A stretch of DNA of 64,000 nt from an uncultured Gemmatimonadaceae bacterium. Lineage in GTDB: Bacteria; Gemmatimonadota; Gemmatimonadetes; Gemmatimonadales; Gemmatimonadaceae. The DNA lies in NCBI GenBank assembly GCA_963843845.1, contig CAWJMB010000002.1, positions 2,400,001-2,464,000 on the forward strand, read 5' to 3'. Below the pieces are notes generated by a model, which worked only from the letters and a program-made list of their open reading frames with translations, was not told the DNA's origin and made no database searches. Of this stretch, positions 40,414 through 50,624 are shown piece after piece. Made by a program: the position numbers and the translations under genes. Numbering within the stretch: position 1 is the first letter of the stretch; each line of letters starts with the position of its first letter.

Positions 40414-42705
40414 TCACTTGAAGCGCATCCCGTTCGGGGCCACCGTGCCCGTGCGAGGCACGAACGCCGGCGGCGGCGCGGTCGCTCGCGCGTGCGGCGT
40501 CGGTCGGCTGGAGGGCGCCGCCTCCGGGTTCCGGGCGCGCGCGGCGTCTGGCGTGGTCTTCATCGACAGTGCGACACGGTTGCGCTCGAGGTCGACGCCG
40601 AGCACGGTCACGCGCACCTTCTGCCCGACGCGCACGACCCCGTTCGCGTCGCTCACGTAGCGGTCGGCGAGCTGCGAGACGTGGACGAGGCCGTCCTGAT
40701 GCACGCCGACGTCGACGAAGGCGCCGAACGCGACGACGTTCGTCACGACGCCGTCGAGCACCATGCCGACGACGAGATCCTTCGGCTCCTTCACGTCGTC
40801 GCGGAACGTCGGCAGCTCGAACGCATCGCGTGGGTCGCGCCCGGGCTTCTTCAGCTCGGCGAGGATGTCGCGCAGGGTCGGGAGGCCGACCGCCTGCCCC
40901 GAGCCCGTGGAGGGGTCCGCATCCACGTAGCGCGTCGGATCGATGCGATCGACGGCCGCCGCATTCCCGACGAGGTCACGGAGCGGCGTGCCCACGTCCG
41001 CCGCGATCCGCTCCACCAGCGCGTATCGCTCGGGGTGCACCGCCGACGCGTCGAGCGGGTGGGCGCCGCCGCGCACCCGCAGGAATCCCGCCGCCTGCTC
41101 GAACGCCTTCGCGCCGAGTCGCGGCACGTCGGCGAGCTCGCGGCGCGAGCGGAAGCCGCCGCGCGCGTCGCGCAGCCGCACGAGGTTCTGCGCCAGCGTC
41201 GGCCCGATCCCGGCCACGTAGGAGAGCAGTGCCGCCGAGGCGGTGTTCACCTCGACCCCGACGCGGTTCACGCAGCTCTCCACGACCTCGTCGAGGCGCC
41301 GCTTGAGCTGCGGCTGATTCACGTCGTGCTGGTACTGCCCGACCCCGATCGACTTCGGGTCGATCTTCACGAGCTCGGCGAGCGGGTCCTGCAGGCGGCG
41401 GGCGATCGACACGGCGCCCCGCAGCGACACGTCGAGGTCGGGGAGCTCCTCGCGCGCCGCGTCCGACGCGGAGTAGACCGAGGCGCCGCTCTCGTTGACG
41501 GAGACGAGGCGCGGTGCGTTCGGCAGGGTGCCTAACGCCCGTCGCACCAGCTCCTCCGTCTCGCGCGACGCGGTACCGTTCCCGATCGCGATCAGCTCGG
41601 CGCCGTGGCGCTCGACGGCACGCAGCAAGGCCGCGCTGAAGCGCTCGGGCTGGTGCAGATACCACGCGTCCGTGTCCAGCACCGCGCCGGTCCGCGACAC
41701 GACCGCCACCTTGACCCCCGTGCGGAACCCAGGGTCGAGGCCCACGACGACCAGCTCGCCGGCGGGCGACGCGAGCAGCAGCTGCTCCAGGTTGCGCCCG
41801 AAGATGCGGATCGCCTCCTCGTCGGCGCGCGCTTTCAGCTCCAGGCGCAGCTCCACGAGGAGCGACGGCGCGAGCAGCCGCTTGTACGCGTCCTGCGCGA
41901 CGAGCGCGAGTTGCGCGACGGCACGCCGCGCGCCGACCACGTGGCGTCGCATCGTGGCGGCGACGTCATCCGCCGGCGCGTCGATCGACCAGTGGAGATA
42001 GCCTTCGTCCTCGCCGCGGCGAATCGCGAGGACCCGGTGCGACGGGATGTCGCGGATCGGCTGCACGAAGTCGTAGTAGTCCTGAAACTTCGATACCTCC
42101 TCGCGCTTTCCCGGCATCGCACCGGCCCGGACGACGCCGCGCGCCCGCGTCAGGTCGCGCAGCTCGGACCGCAGCGTCGCGTCCTCCGCCGCGCGCTCGG
42201 CGAGGATGTCGCGGGCGCCCTGCAGCGCCGCGCCCGCGTCGGCGACCGCGCTCTCCGCGTCGACGAAGGTCAGCGCCGCCCGTTCGACGGCCGCGTCGTC
42301 AGCGTCGCCACTCGCGATCACCTCGGCGAGCGGCTCGAGGCCACGCTCGCGGGCGATCATCGCTCGCGTGCGGCGCTTCGGCTTGTACGGCAGGTAGAGG
42401 TCCTCGACCGCCTGCTTCGTCTCGGCGGCCTCGATTCGGGCGCGCAGCTCGTCCGTCAACTTCCCCTGCTCGGCGATCGACGCGAGGACGGCGGCGCATC
42501 GGGCCTCGAGATCGGCGAGATACTCCGCGCGATCGCGCACGTCGCGAAGCTGGACCTCGTCGAGGCCGCCGGTGGCCTCCTTGCGATAGCGGGCGATGAA
42601 CGGGAGGGTGTTGCCGTCCTCGAACAGCGCGAGCGTGGCGGCGACGGCGCGCGGCGCGAGCGCGAGCTCGGCGGCGACTTTCGTGACGAGGTGCGGCGAC
42701 AGCAT
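40414..42705 (-). CDS. tex: Tex-family RNA-binding transcription accessory protein
   Basis: PFIARYRKE, DLYLPYKPK, DPGFRTG, IGVGQYQHD, KPGRDPR, C-terminal S1 domain. Confidence 0.95.
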   Translation of the reverse strand: MLSPHLVTKVAAELALAPRAVAATLALFEDGNTLPFIARYRKEATGGLDEVQLRDVRDRAEYLADLEARCAAVLASIAEQGKLTDELRARIEAAETKQAVEDLYLPYKPKRRTRAMIARERGLEPLAEVIASGDADDAAVERAALTFVDAESAVADAGAALQGARDILAERAAEDATLRSELRDLTRARGVVRAGAMPGKREEVSKFQDYYDFVQPIRDIPSHRVLAIRRGEDEGYLHWSIDAPADDVAATMRRHVVGARRAVAQLALVAQDAYKRLLAPSLLVELRLELKARADEEAIRIFGRNLEQLLLASPAGELVVVGLDPGFRTGVKVAVVSRTGAVLDTDAWYLHQPERFSAALLRAVERHGAELIAIGNGTASRETEELVRRALGTLPNAPRLVSVNESGASVYSASDAAREELPDLDVSLRGAVSIARRLQDPLAELVKIDPKSIGVGQYQHDVNQPQLKRRLDEVVESCVNRVGVEVNTASAALLSYVAGIGPTLAQNLVRLRDARGGFRSRRELADVPRLGAKAFEQAAGFLRVRGGAHPLDASAVHPERYALVERIAADVGTPLRDLVGNAAAVDRIDPTRYVDADPSTGSGQAVGLPTLRDILAELKKPGRDPRDAFELPTFRDDVKEPKDLVVGMVLDGVVTNVVAFGAFVDVGVHQDGLVHVSQLADRYVSDANGVVRVGQKVRVTVLGVDLERNRVALSMKTTPDAARARNPEAAPSSRPTPHARATAPPPAFVPRTGTVAPNGMRFK

Positions 42706-42861
42706 GTGAGGCGGGCGGCGGGACCCTTCGGCGAACCTGGGGCAGGTCGTCGGGGGCGGACAAGCTGCTCGTCGCGCGGCCTCGGAGCAACGGCTTGCGT
42801 CGCTCGCGCGGGCAGCCTACGCCGCGCGTGACATGCCGCCCGCTCCGCGCGTCCTGACGGC

Positions 42862-43344
42862 ATGCAGACGACGTTGCGCGACAGCGACACCGAGCGCGGA
42901 CTCGCGCTGGCAGCCCGAGGCGACTGGCACGCCGCGGCCACGGCGTTCGAGGCGGCGCTCGTCCGCGCTGAGCGAGGGAGCGACCTCGTCGTGCTGGCGG
43001 CGGCGCTCACGAACCTCGGCCAGGCGCGGGCCTATCTCGACGCGCTCCACGACGCAGCCGAGCTGCTCACGCGGTCGGTGGAGGCGCGGAACGCGCTGGT
43101 CGAACGCGCGGCGGCGCGGCCGGCGATCGCCGCGCGCGGCTACTGCGACCTCGCGGCCGTGCAGGCCGCGGCAGGCGACGGCGTCGCGGCGATCGCGACG
43201 CTGGAACGTGCACGCACGGCACTCGGCGCGCCCGAGCCGGGCAGCGCCGACGCCGCACTCGCGCAGGACATCGAAGCCGGGCTGGCGTCTACTCGTCGCG
43301 GGCGTGGACCTGCGCCGGCGGCGACGTCGCTTCCACCGCGGTGA
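42862..43344 (+). CDS. Hypothetical TPR-like protein
   Basis: Ala-rich helical repeats (ALTNLGQA, A..LL..S); 3' end overlaps cupin gene. Confidence 0.5.
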   Translation: MQTTLRDSDTERGLALAARGDWHAAATAFEAALVRAERGSDLVVLAAALTNLGQARAYLDALHDAAELLTRSVEARNALVERAAARPAIAARGYCDLAAVQAAAGDGVAAIATLERARTALGAPEPGSADAALAQDIEAGLASTRRGRGPAPAATSLPPR

Positions 43345-43627
43345 ACGTCTCGAGAATCCGGTAGCTGTGACTCGCCCCTTCGGGGACGGTCCACGAGTCG
43401 CCGGGATTCAGCAGCACCATCTGCCCCTCGAGATGCAGTTCGGCGCGCCCGCTCACCACGTAGCCGACCGTCTCGTACGGACGCGTGTCGGCGGGCTTCG
43501 CGTCGGCCGGTTGCTCGTTCTCCCAGAGGCGCATCGCGACGCGCTTGCCGGACGCGAGGTACTTCTGCCCCATCGCGCCGACCGGCGACGCGCTCGAATC
43601 GATCTTCGTGACCGTGGTGTCTGCCAT
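43289..43627 (-). CDS. Cupin domain protein
   Basis: YETVGYVVSG, LNPGDSWTVPEGASHSY; GAGGGGG RBS. Confidence 0.85.
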   Translation of the reverse strand: MADTTVTKIDSSASPVGAMGQKYLASGKRVAMRLWENEQPADAKPADTRPYETVGYVVSGRAELHLEGQMVLLNPGDSWTVPEGASHSYRILETFTAVEATSPPAQVHARDE

Positions 43628-43691
43628 CGTCTCCCCCTCAAGCGGTGAGCCGGGAGACGTTTCACGGATCGTGCCTAACGGCCGTCGCCGC

Positions 43692-43913
43692 TCAATTCTT
43701 GTGGCGGAACGTGATGCGGCCACGCGTGAGGTCGTAGGGCGAGACCTCGAGCGTCACGCGATCGCCCTGAAGGACGCGGATGCGGAACCGGCGCATGTTG
43801 CCGGCCAGCGTCGAGAGCACCTCGTGACCGCTCTTCGTCACGACGCGGAACGTCGCGTTCGGGAGAACTTCGCTCACGGTGCCTTCGAGCTCGATCGCGT
43901 CTTGCTTCGCCAT
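43692..43913 (-). CDS. infA: Translation initiation factor IF-1
   Basis: [35 protein letters not shown]. Confidence 0.97.
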   Translation of the reverse strand: MAKQDAIELEGTVSEVLPNATFRVVTKSGHEVLSTLAGNMRRFRIRVLQGDRVTLEVSPYDLTRGRITFRHKN

Positions 43914-44026
43914 ACAGGAGTAGTAGAGTGCGGGACAAATCGGGGCCTGCGCTGCCGCGGCGCGGCGGGCGCAACACTCCAAGATATACCATCTCGGAAA
44001 GCCAAGCCAGCCATGCAGTTGCGGAC

Positions 44027-44413
44027 ATGACTCCCCTCCCCTACGGCCCACACACCGCCGCTGTCCGCCGCTTCCTGCAACGCGTGGCGGCGCTCGACGC
44101 CGCGGCGTGGGGGCGGGTGGCGGCAGACTTCGAGCGGATCGAGCGGACGGCGCCCTACGCGTCGGCCGACCGCGCGCTGGAGTCGGCCGTGCAGCGTGCC
44201 GATCGCACGGCCGCGCGCGACGCGGTGGTGGGACCGATCGTCGCGCTCACGCGACCTGCCGACGGGAACGAGCCGCATCCGGTCGCGGCCGCCGTGCTCG
44301 CGGCGGCGCTGGCGCTCGTCGTGCGCGACGTGCTCGATCCCGGGGCGTTCGGGACGCTCTACGGCGCGTTCGCCGGCGTCATCCCCGTCGGCGCGCTCGA
44401 CGACGCGCGGTGA
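44027..44413 (+). CDS. Hypothetical protein
   Basis: Ala-rich ORF with GC3-biased codons; [16 protein letters not shown]-terminus. Confidence 0.6.
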   Translation: MTPLPYGPHTAAVRRFLQRVAALDAAAWGRVAADFERIERTAPYASADRALESAVQRADRTAARDAVVGPIVALTRPADGNEPHPVAAAVLAAALALVVRDVLDPGAFGTLYGAFAGVIPVGALDDAR

Positions 44414-44416
44414 CGG

Positions 44417-45807
44417 TCAGTAATAGTAGCCGAAGATGATGTCCATCTCGTCGTCGCTCGTCAGCCCGAACTTGATGGTCCGGTTCGTCGTGTTGTTGAA
44501 CGTCACCTCGGAGACGAGCGCGTCGCCCTTCTTCAGCACGAGCGGCGTCGGCAGCGTGAGGAGCGTCGGGTGCTCCCAGTCGGTGTTCTCGTAGACGACC
44601 TGACCGTCGTGCGCTCCCCCCTTGACGCGGATGACGAACTTCTCGCCGCGCGCGTGCATGTGCGACGTGAGCGCGATGATCGTCATCGTCGACTCGCTCA
44701 CCGGGAACGTCTTCGTGACGACGGTACGCTTCCCGGCCGGGAGCGTGAGGTCGGTGTTGTTCAGGTTCAGTGTGCTCGCCACCGTCGTGACCTGACTCCG
44801 GTCGACGGTGTGCAGATTCATGGAGCCCTCGCCCGGGAACTCGGCGCCCGTCCGGTTCACGTAGTGCGCGTTCAGGTCGAGCCCCATCCCGGCGGGGAGC
44901 CGGAGCGCGATGCCGTCCGGGAAGCGGTAGTCGCTCGTCTGCGTCATCGCGCCGCCGATGAATACGTGGCACGCCATCGGGAGCATCGCGATCAGGTTCA
45001 TCGACCCGTCGCTGTTCCGGATGTCGCGTACGTCGCCCTCGCCGGGGCGCAGCGCGCAGAAGACCGCCCGCGAGTCGTCGAACGCGTACGCGAGGAAGTG
45101 GTGGCTTCCGGGCCGCATCTTCGTCTCGATGCGGTTGACGTAGATGTCCGCTGCGTTGCCCAGCTTGCGATAGACGAACACCTCCCGCTCGAACGTGCCA
45201 CGCACGCCGAAGCTGTCCACCCGCACCTGGATTCCGTTCGCCGGCTTCGCGAGCGGGGTGAAGGCGGGGACCTTCTGCGCGACGCGGCTGAGGAGGAGCG
45301 TCGTGTCGATGTTGTCGCCCGTACGCGGCGCGCCCGCCTCGATCCAGCGGCGTACGTACTCGAGCTGCCCTTCGCTGATGCCAGCCGTCGACCCCGACGG
45401 CATCGGCAGCCCATAGTCGCGTGAGTGGTGCCCGGGCGTCCAGGCCAGCTTGTGGTACATCAGACTGCTGTCCGACTTGAACGCCATGACGCGCGTCACC
45501 CCATCGGCTCTCGCGACCGCCTGGGTCGACCGGACCCCGACGAGATTGTCGTACGCGACGGCCGGCTCGAGGCTGAGCCCCGACTGCGTCACCGACGACT
45601 GCGTGCCGCTGTGACAGCTCACGCACTGCGTCGCGAAGATCGTGCTCTGGATGCGCGCGAAACTCGTCTGCGTCGCCGTCGGCGTCGTCGGGGCGGCAGG
45701 GCTCGGCGGTGCGGCGTCGCCCCCCCGCTCCCGGCACCGCACGCGCCGAGGAAGGCGATGGCACCGAGGTCACGGCGGCGGAAGCGGAGGGAGATCACGG
45801 GGGGCAC
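44417..45807 (-). CDS. Lipoprotein: N-terminal CxxCH cytochrome c motif + PHM/DBH-like copper type II monooxygenase (frameshift at 45720-45726 homopolymer)
   Basis: FLGAC lipobox (ORF 45619..45807); CVSCH; GSHHFL, NAHY, SHMH, GLTSDDEM. Confidence 0.78.
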
Positions 45808-45907
45808 GGAGCGGGGAGGGCGCGGCGCGTCGAGGGCGCTCGACCGGCAGCACCGTACGATTCACCTCGCGGGCAGCTTCGGCAACGTGCGCGCGGCCGC
45901 CGGGGCG

Positions 45908-46315
45908 CTAAGAGTCGTTCGCGCCGGCAGGTGACGCGTCGAGCACGAAGCGCGGAATGACCGCCTCGAAGTGCGAGCCGTCACCGCGAACGAAGCGGTA
46001 CGCACCCTCCATGTAGCCGCTCGGCGACTTCAGGACGCAGAAGCTGCGGTACTCGTGCACGCGTCCGGGGGCGACCACCGGCTGCTCGCCGACGACGCCG
46101 TCTCCCTCGACGGGAGTCTCCTCGCCGGTGTCGTCATGGATGAGCCAGCGGCGGCTCATGAGCTGCGCCGTGCGCTCACCGACGTTCTCGACGCGAACGT
46201 GGTACACGAACACGTACTGACCCTCCGCGGGTCGCGACTGCTCGCGCAGGTACGACGGCCGGACGGTGACGCGGATCCCGTCCGTCTCGCGGTAGTAGAA
46301 CGGCCGACTCGACAT
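45908..46315 (-). CDS. apaG: ApaG protein
   Basis: YVFVY.V.VEN, QLMSRRWLI, VEGDGVVGEQP, GYMEGAY. Confidence 0.95.
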   Translation of the reverse strand: MSSRPFYYRETDGIRVTVRPSYLREQSRPAEGQYVFVYHVRVENVGERTAQLMSRRWLIHDDTGEETPVEGDGVVGEQPVVAPGRVHEYRSFCVLKSPSGYMEGAYRFVRGDGSHFEAVIPRFVLDASPAGANDS

Positions 46316-46331
46316 CTGGGGCCTGCCGCGA

Positions 46332-47966
46332 TCAGCGGAGCGACGGGCCGGGCGACCCGCTCGCCGGCCGCGCGCGTGTCACCGTCGTCGGCGCGCTCTC
46401 GCGCCCCGCACGGTCGATCGCCGTCACGTGCACGGCGTCGGGTGCGCCGCGCGTCGCCGGCGGTCGGAGGGTGACCGAGCGCCTGACGGCCGGCACGACA
46501 TCCGTCGTCCACGTCGCGTCGTAGCGCGCCTGCACGACCCACAGCCACGGGGCATCGCCACCGGCACCGGCCGCGAGCTCGACGACCGAGGGCGGGCCGG
46601 CGCGGTAGGCGACGTGAGGCGCGGCCGGTGCGCGACCGGGGAGCCACGGCATCGCCGGGACGAGTGCGGGCTCGGCGTACACGCCCGCGGCGAGGGAGTC
46701 GCCGACGCCGGCGACGTTGCGCAGCAGCGCCTTCATGCTGAAGTGGACGTTGCCCGTCGAGCCAGGCTGCGCGCGCGTGAGCCGGATCTGGGAGTCGATC
46801 TCGGCCACGGTCCAGCTGTCCGCCGCCCCGGTGATCCGCGACAGATAGTTGCCGATCCACAGCTGCCGACCACGCGTGTTCGCCTGCACCCACCAGTCGA
46901 GCAGCCGCGGGTAGCTCTGCTGCGTCGCCGAGATCTTCCAGTAGAGCTGTGGCGTGAAGTAGTCGGCCCACCCTTCCTGCAGCCACCGCTTCGAGTCGGC
47001 GTTGAGCTGCTTGTACGCGTCGAAGCAGCAGATGCCCGCGGGCTCGCCCGGCCGCCAGATGCCGAACGGGCTGATGCCGACCTTGACGCCCGGCCGCTCG
47101 CGCTTCGCCGTCTCGTACATCGCTCTGACGAATCGGTCGACGTTGTCGCGGCGCCACGCGTCGCGGTCGAGGGTTCCGCCCCCGGCGCGGTAGCGCGCGT
47201 AGCTCGTGCTGTCCGGAAACTCGACCTTGACCCCTTTCGCGTCGTTGACCGGATACGGGTAGAAGTAGTCGTCGATGTGGATGCCGTCGATGTCGTAGCG
47301 CCGGACGATGTCGGCGATCACGCGCAGCGACCACGCCATCGTCTCGGGCTCGCCCGGGTCGAGCCAGAGCTGCTTCGCGTATTCGCGCACGATCGCGGGA
47401 CGCACGCGGCTCACGTGGTCGGCCGGCGGCGGCGACTTCGCGCCGGCGGCGCGCGCGCGGTACGGATTGATCCACGCGTGCAGCTCGATTCCGCGCGCGT
47501 GCGCCTCACGAACGGCGAAGGCGAGCGGATCCCACCGCGGCGAGGGCGCGCGCCCCGACACGCCCGTCAGATACTCGGCCCACGGTTCGAGCGACGACTC
47601 GTACAGCGCGTCGGTCGAGGGTCGCACCTGCAGCACGACCGCGTTGAGACGCAGCGCCGCCGATCTGTCGAGAATCTCGAGCAGCTCCTTCTGCTGATCG
47701 GCGGTCGACAGGCCGGGCTTCGACGGCCAGTCGATGTTGCCGACCGTCGCGACCCACACCCCGCGGAACTCTCGGCGCACGGTCGGCGGCTCGGCGATCG
47801 CGGCGGCTTCCGGCGGGCTGGGCGCAGGCGTCGGCGGCGGGGGCGCCGAACGGAGCGGCGGCTGGCACGCCACGACGGCGAGCAGGGCGAACGGGCGCAG
47901 CGCGAACGGGCGCAGCGCGAACGGGCGACTCGCGAACGGACGCGCCATGAGAGAGCGTAACGACAT
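46332..47966 (-). CDS. GH10-like (DUF187/YddW/DigH family) glycoside hydrolase lipoprotein
   Basis: EFRGVWVATV.NIDWPS, HAWINPYR, DGIHIDDYFYP, GISPFGIW, PQLYW; VVAC lipobox. Confidence 0.9.
   Translation of the reverse strand: MSLRSLMARPFASRPFALRPFALRPFALLAVVACQPPLRSAPPPPTPAPSPPEAAAIAEPPTVRREFRGVWVATVGNIDWPSKPGLSTADQQKELLEILDRSAALRLNAVVLQVRPSTDALYESSLEPWAEYLTGVSGRAPSPRWDPLAFAVREAHARGIELHAWINPYRARAAGAKSPPPADHVSRVRPAIVREYAKQLWLDPGEPETMAWSLRVIADIVRRYDIDGIHIDDYFYPYPVNDAKGVKVEFPDSTSYARYRAGGGTLDRDAWRRDNVDRFVRAMYETAKRERPGVKVGISPFGIWRPGEPAGICCFDAYKQLNADSKRWLQEGWADYFTPQLYWKISATQQSYPRLLDWWVQANTRGRQLWIGNYLSRITGAADSWTVAEIDSQIRLTRAQPGSTGNVHFSMKALLRNVAGVGDSLAAGVYAEPALVPAMPWLPGRAPAAPHVAYRAGPPSVVELAAGAGGDAPWLWVVQARYDATWTTDVVPAVRRSVTLRPPATRGAPDAVHVTAIDRAGRESAPTTVTRARPASGSPGPSLR
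47887..47946. repeat. 15-bp tandem repeat x4 in the signal peptide (RPFAx)
   Basis: GCGAACGGGCGCAGC x2 plus two degenerate copies. Confidence 0.85.
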
Positions 47967-47996
47967 GTGGCCGAAGATAACGCGCGTGACCGACCG

Positions 47997-49373
47997 TCAG
48001 GCGAATGCCGCGAGGAGCTGCGCTGCCGCGCGGAACCCGCTACGCATCGCGCCATGCACCGTCCCCCAGTGGCCGTCGTCGACGGTGTGCTCTCCGGCGA
48101 AGAACAGCACGCGGTCGAGCGGCGTGGCGAGCTGCGCGGGCGCGTCCGCGCCGCCGACGCGCACGAACGAGTAGGCGCCCAGGGCGAACGGATCGGCGCT
48201 CCAATCGTGCTGATGCGCGGAGACGAGCTCGTCGCGCACCGCGCGCTCGGCGATCCCGAACGTGTCGGCGAGCGACGCGACCGCGATGTCGACACGGCGG
48301 TCGGTCGATTCGGCCAGGAGTGCACGCGCCCGGCCGCCGCCGCTCCACGCGACGAGCAGCGGCGTCCGCAGCGCGCGCTGCGTCCACCACACCGGGATGG
48401 GAGCGCCCGGCGCGTAGAAGAAGCCGAGCGTGGTCGGGTCGTAGCCGTGCGGCACGGCCGGAACGCCACGTTCCCAGAAGCGCGACCGGAACCGCAGCAC
48501 GATGCGCACGACGTGGCCCATCTCGATGTCACCGATCGCCGTCCGTTTCGCGTCGAGCGGAGGATCGAAGGCGACGAGGCGATCGGCGGACGTCTCGAGA
48601 CTCGCGGCGAGCAGCGAGATCGGGATCGCGACGACACACGCGCGCGCCTCGACCGTCATCGGGTCGCCCTCGGGCGTCGTCGCGTCGACGTGGGCGCCCG
48701 CTGTGCTCCATCGCACGCGCCGCACGACCGCTCGCAACCGCACGTCGAGCGGCGCGCCGGCACCGGTCGCGAGCCACTCGCCGACGCGCGCGTAGCCGTC
48801 GACGAGGCGGAACGCCGGCTCATCGGCGGAGGCGGACGCTTCGGCGCGGGCGAGCGCGCGGACGCTCGCTCGTTCGCTCACCGCCGCGTGAAAGCCCTCG
48901 ACGTAGCTCCGCGACTCGGCGCGCGCCCGCGCCCACCGCGGAGCGCCGAAGCGCTCGTCAAGCAGCGCCGCGAACGACTGGTCGGGACGCGCCGGGTCGC
49001 GCGCCCAGTCGTCGAGCGCACCGAGGACGCTCTGCATCGCGTCGTCGCGCTCGACGCCGGCGGTGGGCGCCTGGTCGTCACTCGATTCCGGCGGGGACGA
49101 CGCGCCGGCGAGCGCCACCTGTTCGTCCGCCGCGTCGACCGCGACGAGTGGTGCGCGCTCGATGACGTCCCACAGCTCGCGCGGCGTTCCATGCACGAAC
49201 TCGGGGCCGAGCTCGATCGGGGTGGCGAGTCCCGGCGCGCGGTGCGTCAGGATGCGCCCGCCGATCCGGTCACGCGCCTCGAGGACGACGACGCGCCGCC
49301 CCGCGTCCGTGAGCTGCCGCGCGGCGGCGAGCCCCGCCGCGCCGGCCCCGATGACGACGACGTCGTATCGCAC
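47997..49373 (-). CDS. Flavin amine oxidase family protein
   Basis: [44 protein letters not shown]. Confidence 0.9.
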   Translation of the reverse strand: MRYDVVVIGAGAAGLAAARQLTDAGRRVVVLEARDRIGGRILTHRAPGLATPIELGPEFVHGTPRELWDVIERAPLVAVDAADEQVALAGASSPPESSDDQAPTAGVERDDAMQSVLGALDDWARDPARPDQSFAALLDERFGAPRWARARAESRSYVEGFHAAVSERASVRALARAEASASADEPAFRLVDGYARVGEWLATGAGAPLDVRLRAVVRRVRWSTAGAHVDATTPEGDPMTVEARACVVAIPISLLAASLETSADRLVAFDPPLDAKRTAIGDIEMGHVVRIVLRFRSRFWERGVPAVPHGYDPTTLGFFYAPGAPIPVWWTQRALRTPLLVAWSGGGRARALLAESTDRRVDIAVASLADTFGIAERAVRDELVSAHQHDWSADPFALGAYSFVRVGGADAPAQLATPLDRVLFFAGEHTVDDGHWGTVHGAMRSGFRAAAQLLAAFA

Positions 49374-49420
49374 GAACCGTCAGCGGGACGTTCGAACGTC
49401 AGAGAGCCGTTCGGCGCACG

Positions 49421-50614
49421 TCACACCGGTGCGGGCGAGCCAGGCGACAGGCTCGCCAGAACGCGCCCGGCCCGCTGTGCCGCGTCGGCCAGTCGCGCCG
49501 GCGGGACGATGAACGAGATGCGGAAGTACCCTTCGCCGCCGGGCCCGAAGCTCGAGCCGGGCATGACGATGACGCCCTCGTCGTCCGCGAGTCGATCGGC
49601 GAAGTCGCGGCTCGCGACGCCGTCCGGAAGCGCGACCCAGAGATACATCGTCGCCTTCGGCGACTCGCAGGCGAAGCCGGCGTCGCGGAAGGCGGCGACC
49701 GCGGCGTCGCGCCGTTCCTGGAACACGGCGACGTTCGCCGGCGCGAAGTGCGCCCAACTGTCGAGCGCGGCGGCACCCGCTTTCTGGATCGCCATGAACG
49801 CGCCCGTGTCGACGAAGCTCTTCACCTTGCTGAGCGCGCCGATCAGCGTCGCGTTGCCGGCGGCCCACCCCTGCCGCCACCCCGTCATGTTGTAGGTCTT
49901 CGACAACGAGTGGAACTCGACCGCGACCTCGCGCGCGCCGTCGATCTCGAAGATGCTCGGTGGCACGTAGCCATCGAACGCGAGCTCCGAGTAGGCGTTG
50001 TCGTAGACGAGGATGATGTCGTTGTCGCGGCAGCGCCGCACGACGTCCGCGAGGTAGTCGCGCGGCGCGACCGCGGCGGTCGGATTGTTCGGGTAGTTCA
50101 GGTACAGCACCTTCGTGCGCCGCAGCACGTCGTGCGGTACGTCGTCGAGGTCGACGAGGAAGTTCGTGCGCGGGCGCAGGGCGTAGGGGTACGGCGTGGC
50201 GTCGCTCAGCAGGGTGCCGCCGGCGTACACGAGGTAGCCGGGCTCCGGCACGATCGCGACGTCACCCTTCTCGAGGTACGCCATCGCGATGTGCGCGATC
50301 CCCTCCTTCGACCCGATGAGCGGGGTGATCTCCGTCATCGGATCGAAGGCGAGCCCGAAGCGTCGTTGCATCCACGCGCTCACCGCCTCGCGGTAGGGCA
50401 CGTGGCCGAGCCCGAAGCCGTAGCGGTGGAGTGCGGGCTCGTCCATCGCCGCTCTCAACGCGTCGATCGCTGCCGCGGGCGCCGGGAGATCCGCGTCGCC
50501 GGCGCCGAGGTCGATGACGTCCACACCGCGGGCGAGCAGCTCTCGCTTCTTCGCCGGAATGTGCGCGAGCGGGTACGGCGGCAGCGACTGGAAGCGCCGG
50601 GATGGTCGTGGCAT
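49421..50614 (-). CDS. Class I/II PLP aminotransferase (LL-DAP aminotransferase-like subfamily)
   Basis: GSKEG, NYPNNPT, DNAY, SLSKTYNMTGWR, GEGYFRIS. Confidence 0.88.
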   Translation of the reverse strand: MPRPSRRFQSLPPYPLAHIPAKKRELLARGVDVIDLGAGDADLPAPAAAIDALRAAMDEPALHRYGFGLGHVPYREAVSAWMQRRFGLAFDPMTEITPLIGSKEGIAHIAMAYLEKGDVAIVPEPGYLVYAGGTLLSDATPYPYALRPRTNFLVDLDDVPHDVLRRTKVLYLNYPNNPTAAVAPRDYLADVVRRCRDNDIILVYDNAYSELAFDGYVPPSIFEIDGAREVAVEFHSLSKTYNMTGWRQGWAAGNATLIGALSKVKSFVDTGAFMAIQKAGAAALDSWAHFAPANVAVFQERRDAAVAAFRDAGFACESPKATMYLWVALPDGVASRDFADRLADDEGVIVMPGSSFGPGGEGYFRISFIVPPARLADAAQRAGRVLASLSPGSPAPV

Positions 50615-50624
50615 CAGGCCGTCG

